Position numbers and translations under genes: made by a program
Notes under the pieces: generated by a model
Told to the model about the DNA's origin: nothing
Database searches by the model: none
What the model saw: only the letters and a program-made list of their open reading frames with translations
Part shown: piece by piece, positions 13,801-28,800 of the stretch
Layout of the letters: each line of letters starts with the position of its first letter
Position numbering within the stretch: the first letter of the stretch is position 1
Source: Antedon mediterranea
Lineage: Eukaryota; Animalia; Echinodermata
Assembly: GCF_964355755.1 (NCBI RefSeq)
Contig: NC_092675.1
Coordinates: forward strand, 15,162,912 to 15,226,911
Reading direction: 5' to 3'
DNA length: 64,000 nucleotides

Positions 13801-16800
13801 TACATGAGGAACCTGACTATAAGTTCTTCTAACAACAATTACTGCTCATCAGCAATTTATTCTAAATAATATGTGGCACATGCAAGGAAAATCAGACATA
13901 AGTTGGAATTTTCACAATTGAGATTTTTACAAATACTGACAATTAGACATAATCCAAGATTTAAAATGTTGAAAAAAATATCTTGATACCATGTCTACTT
14001 CCAGAGATTCTAAAGTGTTGGTTGTTTATATAATCAGTGTTTTGAGAAAATTGCTTTTAAAGTTAAGTAACAGGAAATGACAAATACAAAAAAATAAACA
14101 GGGCATTTAAGTTTACGCCTTAGCAAAAGGGTATTCTAATTGTTTTATTTCAATGAATCTTCGCACCTTTGTTAATTAACTACTGTTCTATTATTAAATA
14201 TTATGCATTATTTTTATCAAAAACAATCCACTAGAACACTTTCAACTCACCATTTTATTAACCAACATACCACACAAAATGTTAAGATTTATGCATTTAT
14301 TTGTCTCAAAATGGAAAAACCTCAAGGTAATGTAAATAAATATTGGTTCAGCTATCATTTTCTGTAAAAATTTAAAAAAAATCAAAATTTTCAGCCTTTT
14401 ATTGTTTTTGCCTGTCTCTACAAATCAACACATGCGACTTATGTCCGATTTTGCTTGCATGTGCCGCATATGTTATATTATTATAATATTTTCAATCTTA
14501 CATTCTATCTAGTAATAAAAGTTAAGTATATAGAATGGGATGCTTACCTGGTTCATCAGAGCTATCTTTGCAATCACAGTAATCATCATTCACTTTACTA
14601 AATGGAATCTTACCGGAACCATCTATACAAGTAAACCATGGTGAGTCACTGTAAAATGATTCTTCTGTTAAAAAAAACAAAAAGACTATCAAAATTTGTA
14701 TGGAGGGTGTAAAAATGAAATATTTAGGTTTAAAAAACCACATGCTATGCTCGCGCTAACCATTCGCGTTTTCACAAATTGCGATTGGAGATGTCAATTT
14801 GCGAAAAAAAAATTATATCATTCGCAAAAACTCAAAATTCGTCTGCTTAGGCTTCAAATATTAACAATTTATGTAAACCACAACGACTTCACTGCCGTCG
14901 CGCACCAGCCTATAATTAGTCACAGCGATGTAGCGTTACTTGCCATCAAAAACGTTTTTTTCGCGTCAATCAAACAAAGTAAGTTTTTCGGTAGGAGGCT
15001 TATTAATTGTACAGGCAAGTAGTTGTAAATTACAGTTATCTGTAAATGTACAGTACTAAGGAGAATTTATTTTATAAATAGACATGCGCAGTAATTGTAA
15101 TTACAAACAAAGAAACTGCGCATGTGTATAGGTGAAAATATTGCGCAATAACAAACATGCTGCATGGACATTCCAACGTCGTAGTTCGTTTGTGGTGTGT
15201 GTTACGATGTTTTCGAAAAAACGAAAACTATTTATTTTTTTATATTGTTTGTGATAAATAACTTTATCCAGGCAGGCTGCATATGCTGATAATTGATAGA
15301 GGTCGGACGCCGATCATACATGACTCGACTGTGGCATAGCCGTGGCGACTGGTATCGCGTCAGGCCGGTGAGGCTGCAGTACATAGGCCTAACATATTTT
15401 AATGCGGTCATGTTTTATTTGTATTTTAATCACAAATTTTGAATGAATTTTGTGAAATTTGAGCGTAGAAAGGGTTTTCTTGCTTTACTTGTTTATCCTC
15501 CAATCAAGTGGTAACACAACTCTGATGATTAAATCATAGTCATCAGTAAACATGTGTTTACTAGTAATACATCTCTGCTGTCTCCTCACACCACCACGAA
15601 ACGCTCAAATTTCTTTTTTTCTTGTTCGCACCATGCTGGCTAGCTCAGAAAATGTGTACATGCACAGAATGAATGCTTGACATGATGCATATAAAATATT
15701 ATAATTTTCTAAAAGATTAAATTTTTGAATAACTACTAAGGAAATTTATAAGAAAAACTTATTGGATTAAAAAGCAACTAACTACAGTCTATAAGCACTA
15801 CTACACCTATACAAGGATGACTACAATTTTTTTCCAAAATGACATCAAGGATATTTATGGTAACTGGATTTATTACACAATTGTCATTTGATTGGAGGAT
15901 TGTGGTATCAATGGACATATAATTTACCTCCGCCAAGGAGGTATATGTAATCGATCGTGTGTTTGTCTGTTTGTTTGTTAGCAGGATTACTCAAAAAGTA
16001 ATTAAAAGGTCTTTACCAAAATGAATGTACAGATAGATATGTGGTCAAGGACCATTCCATTAAATTTTGGGACCATTTCGGACCACAGTCCAATTCTGGA
16101 CCACTTTTTAGTATACTTTTCAGACCTGCTACAGTGCTAGTGTTAAAAAGATAGGACAGAATTTTTCAAAAGCCGGCGAGCAGTCTTAAAGTAACAAGTA
16201 AACTCAAATTGTACAAGAGGCAAGAGTTATAATTTGTGATTTGTAATTTTAAAACATAATTTGATTTAATGTGCACGTTTTTTGATGCGAGTAGTTTACA
16301 AAACCTATTTCTTTTCAAATTCATTCGTTTGATTTTCGCGTTGCTGTTCTATTGTCAACTGAAGCTATTGTTAATTGAAAGGCTTGTTTCATAACCATTA
16401 CACCAAACTCGCATACATATGCTTGTAGTGAAATTAGCGTAAATCACAAACAGCATTAAGACACACACAAATATTATATATATATATATATTTTTTTTTA
16501 CCGGAGAAATCTGATGTAGGAGAATTTTACAGTAGGCGGAAGTATGCACTCTCAGAGTGGCTTTCTAGTTGATTAATTAATTAATCTTATTTCAGAGTGC
16601 AATATTCTTGTTCAACTTTTATTTACGAAAAGGTATACAGTGCTCAAAGGTCTTTTACTGCGATCAAAAATGCTTTGGGTCAGGGTTATTGCTGACTGAT
16701 TAAGCCGTTACAGGGCCTTAGTTTCGCTCCAAGTTTCTTGAACTTGTTGTATGATTGAAAATTCTCACCACAGACATCGATCGATCGAGGAGTAGGCTAG

Positions 16801-19800
16801 AGGCATCGCTATATAAATAACAAGTTTGAAGAAAAGAGCTTACGAAAATCTCAGGTTTTTTCTTATTAAACGTATAGCCCTCCTGTATGCTTGGCGAATC
16901 CATGCCTTTGAAATCATTTAATAGGTATCCCAATGAAATTTTCAGATTAATTTGTTTACTTTTTCTTTCAATTAATCAAAAGAACTTCTAATGTAATTAG
17001 CATTTTGCAATTTCAATGATTAAAATTCGATTACCCGTTCTAAAGTTATGGTTATTTAAAGTATACGATTTTTTGCTTAAAATTGGTGTTTTTTTGCAGT
17101 TAAAATTGGAAGAATTTTTAAAAGGTTATATAACTTTTACAATAATCAGTAAAAAGTTTTGAATTTTGTTAAACCTATAGAGCCTCCACGAAACCTATTT
17201 TCAAAATTATTGGTCCGCAAATTCGAGTGAGGAAAACTAAACAATAATTATGTCCAAAATACGGAACGTACCATTCGCTGATATGCTGCATTAATGTATT
17301 TAACTAACACAACAAACACGCAAATATTTTATTAATTATTATTATTATTTATTTATTTTACTATTACAATATTCACCGGATTATAATGGTTAAATTTTCC
17401 GAAGGGGATTTACCAATTTAAAATGTAGTTCGCACATTCGTTTTACCAATTTCAATGTAGATTTAGCTATAATTTAATGCCAAAACCCATAATATTTTTC
17501 CATAAACGGTGATTCAAAATTGAATTTTTGTCACAAAAATAGACTTTTCGTTACGAACCGTTTTAAATCGCATTTTCTCGGCAACTACTTCATTAATTTA
17601 CCTCCGCCAAGGAGGTATATGTAATCGGTAGCAAGTGTTTGTTTGTTTGTTAGCAGGATTACTCAAAAAGTAATTACAAGATCTTTACCAAAATGAATAT
17701 ACAGATAGATATGTGGTCAAGGACCATTCTATTAAATTTTGGGACCATTTGGGACCATGGTCCCAATTCTGGACCACTTTTTGAGTATACTTTTCAGTGT
17801 TAAAAGATAGGACAGAACTTTTCAAAAGCCGGCGAACAGTCTTAAAGTAACAAGTAAACTGAAATTGCATTTTCTCGAGAACTGCTTGTCCAAAAAACTT
17901 CATTTTTGTACAAGAGGCAAGAGTTATAATTTGTGATATGTAATTTTAAAACATAATTTGATTTAATGTGCACGTTTTTTGTTTAAAAAACCATTTCTTT
18001 TCAAATTCGCCCGTGTTTGTGGCGTTGCTGTTGTATTGTTAGTCGACTGAAGCTATTGTTAGTTGAAAGGCTGGTTACTTACCTTTACACCAAACTCGCA
18101 TACACACGATTGTAGTGAAATTAGCCTAAATCACACAGCATCAGGACACACCCTTTTGGTGAAAATCGAATGGAGGAGGCCAATTTTGATTTGGCCAAGT
18201 ATCACGCCATGCGCGAGGGCTAGTTTGTTTTTTAACAGGATTACTCAAAAAGTAATTACAAGATCTTTACCAAAATAAATATACAGATAGATATGTGGTC
18301 AAGGACCATTTGGGACCACAGTCAACTCTGGGTTATTTTTCAAAGTGATGTTTTATTGGAGAGGCGTTTATTCAAATGAATACCATCCTAATAATTATTA
18401 ATACATTATTTAATTTAATCATCTTTTGAAACTAACTGCCGTGAAAGAGTGGGCCCAAGAAAGAAGACATTACGGCTTGCAACATGGGCAGACATCTCGG
18501 TCCTAACGGGACACAGGAAGATAGCCTACAGTTATTCCTGCAAGCTTACTCAATAAAACTCAGCTATCGGGATTTCACTCGAAAAATGTCTTATCATCAA
18601 ATCTCCCTATGTAATTTTATAATACTATTCCCCACAATATATTCTGATTTTTTTAATATTTAATTTGATCTTTATTAATTTGCAGTATAATTTCTATTAT
18701 TTAACTACTGTACCTTCACACACGCGTGGTATGTTTTAAAACAAACAAAAAACTGAAATGGCTATGACTAATGGCCAACTTAAGCTCCAGTCCTACTATC
18801 TGATTTTTTTTTCGTCTTCCAAAGGGACACTGTATTGATTGATGGAAAGTGCCTGTTTCCAGTCACCTAGGGTCAAATCTATTATTTTAACTGCTCCCTT
18901 GTGTATAAAAGAGAGAAAATATTTGAAACCAGGGTTTTGCAAGGTGGACTTATCTTAAACCCGGAAATTACTTTGACCGGGAAGAATTGAAATTGAGATG
19001 AAAATCTAATGTTGAAATCATAAATTTTGTTAAAAAACTCTTTATAATATCTTCCTAAGATAGAAATATGGAACAATAGCGTCGAAGTGAACACTAATGT
19101 TATCAAATCTACGTTTCGCGGTACATCTCAGATAGATAAGGTAGGTATCCAAGGCGGAGATTTGTACCGAAGTTTTTGCATTGTGCTCGCCTATGTCAGA
19201 ATTAACCATAATTTATATATAGATAACATGATCCAGGGATGTCACCAGCTTTTTGGAGTGCCGGTCGGAAAATTTCCCGGGACCCCGGGTTATCTCCCCC
19301 CCCCCCCCGGGGTTTGTCGTTATTTTAGCGAAACATAAAGAATTATGAAAATAAATAACAACAAATTGCGTCAGGTCTAGGCCTAACCTTGTACCACCGG
19401 GGAGTCGCCGTTATTATTCGCGAAAACAAAAAAACGCTTACGAAATGAATAGCAATAGATCGCGTCAGGCTTAGGCCTAGCCTTGTAGACACTACGACCA
19501 CTAGGCCTAGCCAAGGCTTAGATAGATGCCCCAAATTCTGAATTCCACAAAAACAGGCGCTTCCTTATTTAGGCTTAATCCCTAATCAAATACTGTAGAT
19601 AAATTATTAGCCTAGACCTTACTACTTGTTGCTCGATATAATGTTCGTGTTCTTTTGCGCGAGAGTTTTTTTAGCGTATTCGCGAATTCCGGATTTTTTG
19701 TTTCACAACTGTGCGGCAAGCATGTAGTGCATGGCCGGCAAGAACAGACACGTGTTTATGGGTTAACTGAAGTTCAGCAACCTGAAGTTATCCCAGGGAC

Positions 19801-22800
19801 GTGTAATTATTGTACCATGCTCGGCGATCATAAACGAACGAACTTGCCCGGTCTCACTGAACCATGCGCATGTTTTTTTATTTTTTTTAATAGTTCGTAG
19901 AGTACAAAAATGTAAAACTAGTAACATAATATAATTAAAGCAGGGTGACAAAACATTCAGCAATTAAAAATGATTTTGTTTGGGTCTATGTAGTTGTACA
20001 TTTTTGATTACTGCGTACTTGTTTGTATTTTTAATCTGTGCAAAATAAAACGCTTGAATGGTCGCTATGTGAACTTTAAACTTGTAGTTGTACACTGTGC
20101 TGTGTAGCACGTTGTTCGCCATGACTCACAAGCTGTAACAATGAATACCAGGGCAGGGTAGGCCTGGTATTGTGTTACAAATAAAGTAACGTACGTAACC
20201 ACGGAAACATTTGCTGTAGTCTTTTGTCTTATCTATATGAGGCTAGCTTGTCTGTTATTAACGATGTGCTAGGTAAAATGTTTTAGTACGAATTTTAGTT
20301 AGGCCTAGGCCTAATATAAATATCGTAAATGATTAATAAATAATAGTGGTGGTCGGCAGCCTGTAAATCCTGGTCGGAAATGTTGAGTGCTGGTCGGGGC
20401 CGACCAGCGCCGACCAGCGTGGTGACATCCCTGATGATCAGAGGTCTAAGTTCCCCGAAATTTGCGTTTTTTTCCAGATTTTTTATGCAGATTCCCGCCT
20501 ACCTGAAAATTGGCTATTTCCCCCCGAAAATCTGGGTGTCTAGAAAACTCAGATATCTGACCTTTCTAGATCTAAAAAACTCAGATATCTGACTTTCGTT
20601 GATCTAGAAAACATCAATATATGGATATATGGAAAACTCAGATCATCACACATGATTGGTTGGTAGGTCATTTGGATCATTCCATTATTAATCAGAAGGT
20701 AGGTCATGTGAAATACTAGAGTATTATTAAAACTAATTACTGTGTAGAAGCGGCCTACGGCTTAAATCATAAAGAAAATACAGTGCATGTTACCGTTAAA
20801 ATGTAGGCTTAAAAATGAAGTATGTACGAGTTGGTGTGGGTATGAGTTGGTGTGGGTACGAGTTGGTTGAGGTACGAGTTTTTAGCCAAGGTGGGAATAG
20901 GTACGAGTTATTTTGGGTACGAGTTGACCACTTCTAGCCTAGTAGGACCAGAAAACTCAGATATCACATGATAAAACTAGCTTCAACCAACTCATACCCA
21001 CACCGACTCGTACATACCTCATTTTTAAGCCTACACTTCGTGATACATCGCGATAGCGCCCACATTTTGAGCCTTGAATTGAGTTTACTTTGCTAGGCCT
21101 AAATGCTAAGCCCACAATTTAAAAGGTGTAAAGTATACTTATTTCTTTATGATTTAAGTCGTAGACTGCAACTACACGTTACAATAATTATTATTATTAT
21201 TAGTAAGAAAACGTATAATACTGTGTAGTATTTCAAATATGCTACCCTCTAATAATAATGGAACGATCCATTTGATGATCTGTGTTTTCTAGTTCCATTT
21301 TGAAACTAGAAAACTCAGATATTGATATCAGAGTTTTCTAGATCTAGAAAAGTTAGATATCTGAGTTTTCTAGATCTAGAAAAGTCAGATATCAGAGTTT
21401 TACTTAGATCTGAGATCTTTTCTAGACACCTCGAAAATCTGGACGATTTAGGCCTAGGGCTATAGCATCTAAAATAACTGGAATTAGACAATATTTTCAC
21501 AAAACAAACATGTTATTTCACAATTATCACTCTTGGCACGGCTTATAATGACGCGCAGTATTTAAACATATATTAGGGCTTTGTTTCACGAATTAACAGC
21601 CATCCATCAACTGCCAAGTCAAAATCACACATAATGTTAATCGTGATAATGATTATTGCTGTATCAGTGATATATAGCCGAAGGCTGGATGGCAAACTAT
21701 AATGTTAAAACAGTTCAAAAAGTGATTCTTCATGGTGAGTGAACCAACAAGATGGTGGCTGCAATCGACCAATCAGATATGCCCTATGCATTACTCACTA
21801 TTACACCTGTGTTAAGCCTATCTGCGTGAGAACGATACGCAACGCAAGTGTTAAGCGTATAAAGGCGAACGCATTCTATATGATCATCAGATACAAAAAA
21901 TGCTAGATTACCAAGAAATTATTCATTCCATTGTGATTAAGAATATATATATTTTTATAAAAAACTTTACTGTACTTTGACAAGAATATGTGTTGTAATT
22001 TATGTGGTCTTAATGTATTATTATATTAGATTATTATTTTCTATGTTAAATATAATGCTTTTGAACACATTTACGGCCGCCATATATTTGGTTCACCCTC
22101 CTATTGAAATCACTTTTCAGTCTGAAAAAGTGCCCTCTAGCCATCTGCTTATTACATCTCGTTGAGCTGTATTGATATGTCACATGCAACAATGAATATG
22201 TGTCAATAGAGTCAGGCGGTGTCCACCCATGAGATGAAAAAAGGACTTTACTTTAAAGGCCAGGTGCGGGCAAAAAATTTATATTGATCATACATTCCAA
22301 TAATTATCGATCTATAGTTTCCCCTATGTTTCATAATTTTTGGGATTTTATTTGTGTTACACAAGCTTGTTGAAAATAAGCACTTTCTTATCAGTGGGGG
22401 GATAGTTCAAATTACACAGTAAAATCTCTATTCTTTTGTACACAAATTTTGTAAATAGAGAGGCATTTTAAAAAGCTATGAAAAATAAACAGTGTGGTAA
22501 AAAATGTTATCCGATGACTAAATATAGGTAATATAACTTGAATATTACATTTCTGATATTTTTATTCAACTTCAGATTTTTATTTTCATGCTATAGCAAA
22601 AATTATCCACCGTATATCCACCATCTTTTTCCACCATCTAGGGAGTCACCAGACATGTTATTACATTAGGTTAACTACCTAACTACTGAAAAAAAGTCCT
22701 CCTGGTTTTTATGGAAGAATTTTGCCAAATTTTGTATTTGACCATATTAAGGGAAGTTCATGTTTTTTCGTCTCGATTTCTGTTACAAATATTTGATTTA

Positions 22801-25800
22801 TGTACAATTAACCAAATATTATATTTAAAATTCATGCCTGTACCTGAGCTTTAAAAAAGATTTTTTTCTTGCAAATATCTGTGAAACACTTTAGTACAAG
22901 GGTAGGAAGGAGGGGTTACCGTGCACCCCCATGATGTATTTTTAATGTACATTTTTGTAATCCTGAATATATGTAATTAACATTTTTTGATGTTCCCAAG
23001 ACAAAATATTGCCCCATGGGGTTTTTTGGGGGCCATTTTGGTGGCCATCTTGGATTTATCAAAATCATAAATATAGACGGTACTTGACAAAGACTGATCA
23101 TAGAGGTCTGATTTTGGTCTTAAATTGTTCAGAATATGCACATTTCTATGTACTATAATGAAAAGTTTTCGTTCAAAATGGCCGTAAATGCCACTTTTGA
23201 CCTTTGACCTTGTTTTTACATAAGGGTCATATCTTGGTAACCCCTGGTCATAAAGATTTTATTTTTGTCTTAAATTGTTCAGAATATTCATATTTATATT
23301 AGCTTTAATGGAACATTTTTTAAATTTGACGGGAAATATCATTTTTGACCTTTGACATTATAGCATAACAATTTTCGCAATAATTTAGACTATTTTTGTA
23401 ATCGACCTATATCTCTATCATAAAGACTTTATTTTTGTCATAAATTGTTCAGAATATCCATATTTATATAACATTTAATGAAATACAACTTTTGACCTTA
23501 TTTTCACCCGAGGGTCATATCTCGGTAACAAATTTTTTTTTGTCTTAGATTGTTCAAAACATACATATTTCTATCCACTCTAATGAATATTTATTTAAAA
23601 CAATGATCATAAATGTTACTATCAATTGTCACATTTAACACCTACAGAATTCTCATACAGTAAGAATTTTTTCTGTTTTAAAGTAAAAATAAATTTAAAA
23701 GATGTAAATAAAATAACATGCTGAGAAAAAAGGGAAAATTACAGACTTTATAAAAAACTTTTGAATATACATGCTATCCACTCTAATGATGATTTATCCT
23801 CAAAAACTGACAATAAATGTCATTTTTTACCTTTGACCCCTATTTAAATATAATTTACATATAATGCGAGAATTCTTAACAATTCTCAAATTAGAAAAAA
23901 GTCAAACAAAGTGGTAAAATGTAAAGTATCTGATAAATAATGAAAAAAAAGTGTCTGATAACACTAGGTATCCCAATGAAGCGGATTTTCGTTACCGCGA
24001 TTTTAACACGTTCGTGAAATTTCAAAAAGTGACGTGTCTTTGACGTTAAAAATATACTATTTCTTATATACACATGTGAATAAAAAGTATATGTCTGGAA
24101 AGATCTTGTTTAAGGGATTATTTTCATATATTTTTAATCTATGTTTATTAAATATTTTAATAGAAAACGTGAGTTAAAAATGAGGTACAAAAGCCGGCGA
24201 GCCGAAATCCGCGCGCTAAAAATAACTTTGGAAAACACCTACCCATTTTCAAAACACGATCGCACGAGGTCCATAATAGGTGGTGGAGTAATTTTTGTTG
24301 CATGTTATCAGGCTTTAAATACTCTTTATTTTGATATGTAAATTGGTTATTATTATTATGTACATCCGCCTCAAATGTCAATTTTAACGATAAAAATTGA
24401 ATTTTTTAGTCTTTCTCATTATCAAAATCTGGCTAATTTAGTATTGAATTTATTTCTGTTTGATAAACCACATCGTTTTATTTGACTTTGCGTGGACCTC
24501 GTGCGAAGAGGCCAACAAGACCAACCACTGAAAAAAATAATCCCTACCATAAATATCAGTGTTTACCATTTTCCTTACGGGGGGATTCAGTTCTCCGCTT
24601 ATTACTAAATTACCGTCGCCCTGACAATGTGCATGGTATGCATGTATTAGCGCGTTAATTAATGATTGGATAACCCCTGCAGTGGACTGTTCCATTTTCT
24701 GAACTAGTCTTCGCCGCACACGAGGCATGTCGAAAAATGTCGCCTCTCATGGAATATTTGCTTCGAAACGTCAATTTTACCGATTTATTAAATTATTTAT
24801 CAAGTGGAATATTTATAAATCTACTATATAAAGCAAGTACGTTAGGAAGAAATGTACCAAAGAAATTTAAGAAGCTTTGATTTTGCTATGCAGCGGCCGT
24901 AAGCCATTCTATGTAGGCGGCCGAAACGCGCTTTGGCCTGTGTTGCCGTTGTATGTCTACGCTGTTTCTAGGCCTAAATTTTATTCCGTATATTTCAATT
25001 GAAAGTGCAACTTTCGGTTAGAATAATCGAAAGGGAAATAAAATTAAACATGTTACAATTATACCATTGAGGTACTTTGTTAAATAAAAAATTTCTTCCC
25101 GATATTTCTTAGGCAGAATTTAGCGTCAGGCTTTTATTTAGACCTTAGCTAAAGCCTAGAGGCCTATATAACTTAACTTGTAGTAGGCGCGGCCGAGTCT
25201 ACGTTCGGCCCGGCGCTCCAAATGGAATCGAACACATAATAAGCACGGGCTTAATTCTTATTTTTGGCGGTTCGAAAAATCAATTAAAATAATATATGAT
25301 TATAAATATAACTTTAAATACTAGAATTATAAAAAAAATGTATACTTAGGAAAAATAATATTTAATGAAAAGAAACAATACCTTCACAGTTTTTTAACGC
25401 AATATTTTTTTTTTCACATTTTAACATTTTTTAACAATATTTTATGTTGTATTTCAGAATTACCTACCTGTCAATATAAATAACCTTACTAAAATACATA
25501 TTACATTTTATGCAATGCAAAAAAAAAGAAGTTAATTCACACATTGGTTCAAAAGTTATGAATCATTTAAAGACAGGAACTTTTTGGGCATTTTTGAGAC
25601 ATTGGGAAAATCACGCGTAAAAAGCCCTCGGACGAATTTTGGAGGGCGATATCTATAAAAAAAAATGTGAGGACACCCAAAAAAAAAATATTCTTGTACA
25701 ACTCTGTTGTATCTATAAGTTTGGAAAAAATAAGAACTTTAAAGTTATTAGTATAAAAGTTATAACCCTTCAAAAATGGGTTCAAATATAATTAGAAAAA

Positions 25801-28800
25801 GTGCCATTTTTCAAGCAAAAATCACTGTTTTTTGGGCACTTTAACGGACCATAACTTTTGAATGGATAATCCGATTTCAATCATTTAAATTGCAAAAGTT
25901 TATGTTTAGTAAGTTCCTTCTGATTAACTGAAAGAAAAAGTACCATCATTAATTTGAATTTTTACATTGGGATACCTAATAACACGTTTCATTACATAAT
26001 TAAAGGTGGCTACTTTTAGGTCTGCAAACAACTTTTATCCAATAGAATGTGTTTATTGTCCAATTGGAAGAGACAATAACAAAATTAATGTCAACATCTT
26101 CATAATCTTAATTTATTTTGGAAACAGTACTGATAGACGACTACAAAAATACATTCTAATCAAATTCTATTCTTCATTAAATAATAATAAATTTGTATGT
26201 CATGAAGTTGACCAGGAATATGTCCTCTTATTTGGAAATTTCCTGATGTATGGCGTGCCAAACTGTCATTTAATAAAGGTCATCATCATATTTTATTCAC
26301 TTCTGATCGCGAAACTGCGTTATACGAGCACGTAAAAAATGACCGGCTACGCACGTGCAAGTTAACAAAATGGTGAAAATATGTTAAAATTAATATTGAT
26401 CGTCAGAATGCTCGGGAACACCTAGTGTATTTTTTATTTTATTTTCTTGAAGTGTATGTATCATTATGTATGATTTATTATGAAATTAAGAGAACAGAAG
26501 TTGATTAAGTCATCATTAATGGCATATTAAATTTTAAAATAATAATTTCGACAATCAAACAAATTATAACATTTTCTTAGGCCGAAATAACAAACTTAAC
26601 ATTAACTTTCTTCATTAAGAAGTTCATATATTAAAGTTAAAAGTATATAGTTTGACAGTGCATCATTTTTTTAAATTTTTAAAGATGTCATCATAGTAAA
26701 AAATTATAATTAATTGCGGTATGTAATAATCTATCTGCACCAAAGTGGTTACTGCATATTAAATACACGGATGAATCTTACTACAACTTTTAGTCAGTTG
26801 TGTATGGCTCGGTTGTCTGTGCTCATGTCTATGGCACTCAAGGTACCGAGATCGAGTCGTCTCACCTTGGGAAACAAAACGAAATGAGATTTTTCGTTAT
26901 TATCCGTAGGCCTATTGTTTGTTCAATTTTATTTCTTAGTGTATAGATTATACACATAGTCCGGGAGCCCATGAAGATTTGTTTAGCATTGCGAGTACAA
27001 AAGGTTTGAGGCATAGAATATAAGCATAGTTAAGCTTAGTTACATATTTTTTTTTTTTTCACATTATTGATTGTCTCCATCCCCGAAACCTCGACTAAGA
27101 AATACCGGAATGGTGTCCGGCGGGGGATAGTTTATTACCATTAGTTAAGGTCTAATGTAAAGCACCTAGATACTGTAGTAGAGAGGCCAAATACACAAAA
27201 GTCCTCTATAAAAAGTTTGGGGGGCATTTTTTGTTAATAGCAGGCAACCATGTTGAATGTATCCTTTGTGGGGTGACAAAAACGATAGGGGTGGATGCCA
27301 TCTTCAGTTTTAGGTTTTAAGGTCAGTTTATGTGGTCAAGAGGTCAAACAAGGTCAAAATATATGATTTTTTTTTATTCACGGAAAATCATCTACATCAT
27401 CAGATCTATCCAAAAAGGTATATCTGAAGATCAACTGATGCTTCACATTATAGTAATTATGAGATAAACATTTAATTTTACAAATAAAAACATAGGAAAT
27501 TAAATATAAAAGTGTCATTTTCTCAAAATGTTGTTTTCACATATTTCTGTAAAGTACACACAGTTTTTTAATAGGCTTTTCTTTTTTTGTCGGAAAAAAT
27601 AGGTCAAGTGTTATATGTATGAAACGCCATATGTGCCAAAAGATTAGTCTTTTACTATAAAATTAATATTACTTATATTAATGTAATACAGTAATATTTA
27701 GAAATTGGTTTTTAGAAAAATTATTAACATTACCTATAATAATGTAATAATATTTAAAAATTTGTTTTTATAAAACAGAGACCCCCCTATATGACCTAAT
27801 GTCGAGATGTTTTTGTTTGGGTCAGAGACCCCCTATAATGTAATTATTTAAACATTTTTTTCATTATTTCAATGATACAAGTTTTTATTGAAGTTTGTTG
27901 TTTCAAGATATCTAGAAAGAGAAACCTGGGTATCGAGTCTTTGTTTTCAAAAACCCTAACTATTGGACTTTATCAAGGTTGGAAGGAGTGGTAATTGGGG
28001 ACTTCTTCTTGAGGCCTTCGCATCTATGCTATCATGGCTGACGGTGATAACAAATATAAAACTGATCCTTAAGTAATTAAGAAATCCTTTATACACATGG
28101 ATAAAGACGGTTTTAACATTATTTACAAACATTACGTTACGTACTGTGTCCAGGTATGAAATCCATTTCTCCAAAAAGACATAAACGCACTTGAAGAGGA
28201 CAACGTCAGGCGACAAATCAAATTCCAGCTATCCATTCTTATTCATATGAAGATCGTTTAAAGTTTCTTGGCCTAACAACCCTGTATGACAGACAAATTC
28301 ATGGTGACTTGATTGAAAATTTTCAAAAGATTTCGAGGGTGTAGCCAAGGATCGACTTCCTTCAAATGAGATGCAATCTAAGCAGAAATACACAAGGAAA
28401 TCAGCTTAGACTTTTTAAATCTAAATTTCACAAAGGACTGATAGGAGATCGACTTTTTCACAATTAGTAATTATATATTTTAATAGTTTGCCAACCAAAG
28501 TCGTCATTTCTGAAACCACCAACACATTTAAAAACAGATTGGATTTGTTGTAGAAATGATGTTAAAAGGGTAAACAAATCTAAACTATCAGAACCAATAT
28601 TCTAAACACTGAGTGGATGATTGATCAATTCAAAATAGAATCATTGGTATAACAAGAAATGCTGTAATTCATTGATAGGTTCTGCATGACATGGTCAGAC
28701 TGATCACGAATCACACATAATACACAATATTCTTTCGAACTGATATATATCAATAAGTTGTTACTTATATTTAAAGTAACAACTTATTGAAAAAAAAAAA

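Noticed and set aside
26800-26870. tRNA gene
   Set aside because: Only weak A-box and B-box-like words and no cloverleaf; at most a decayed SINE head.
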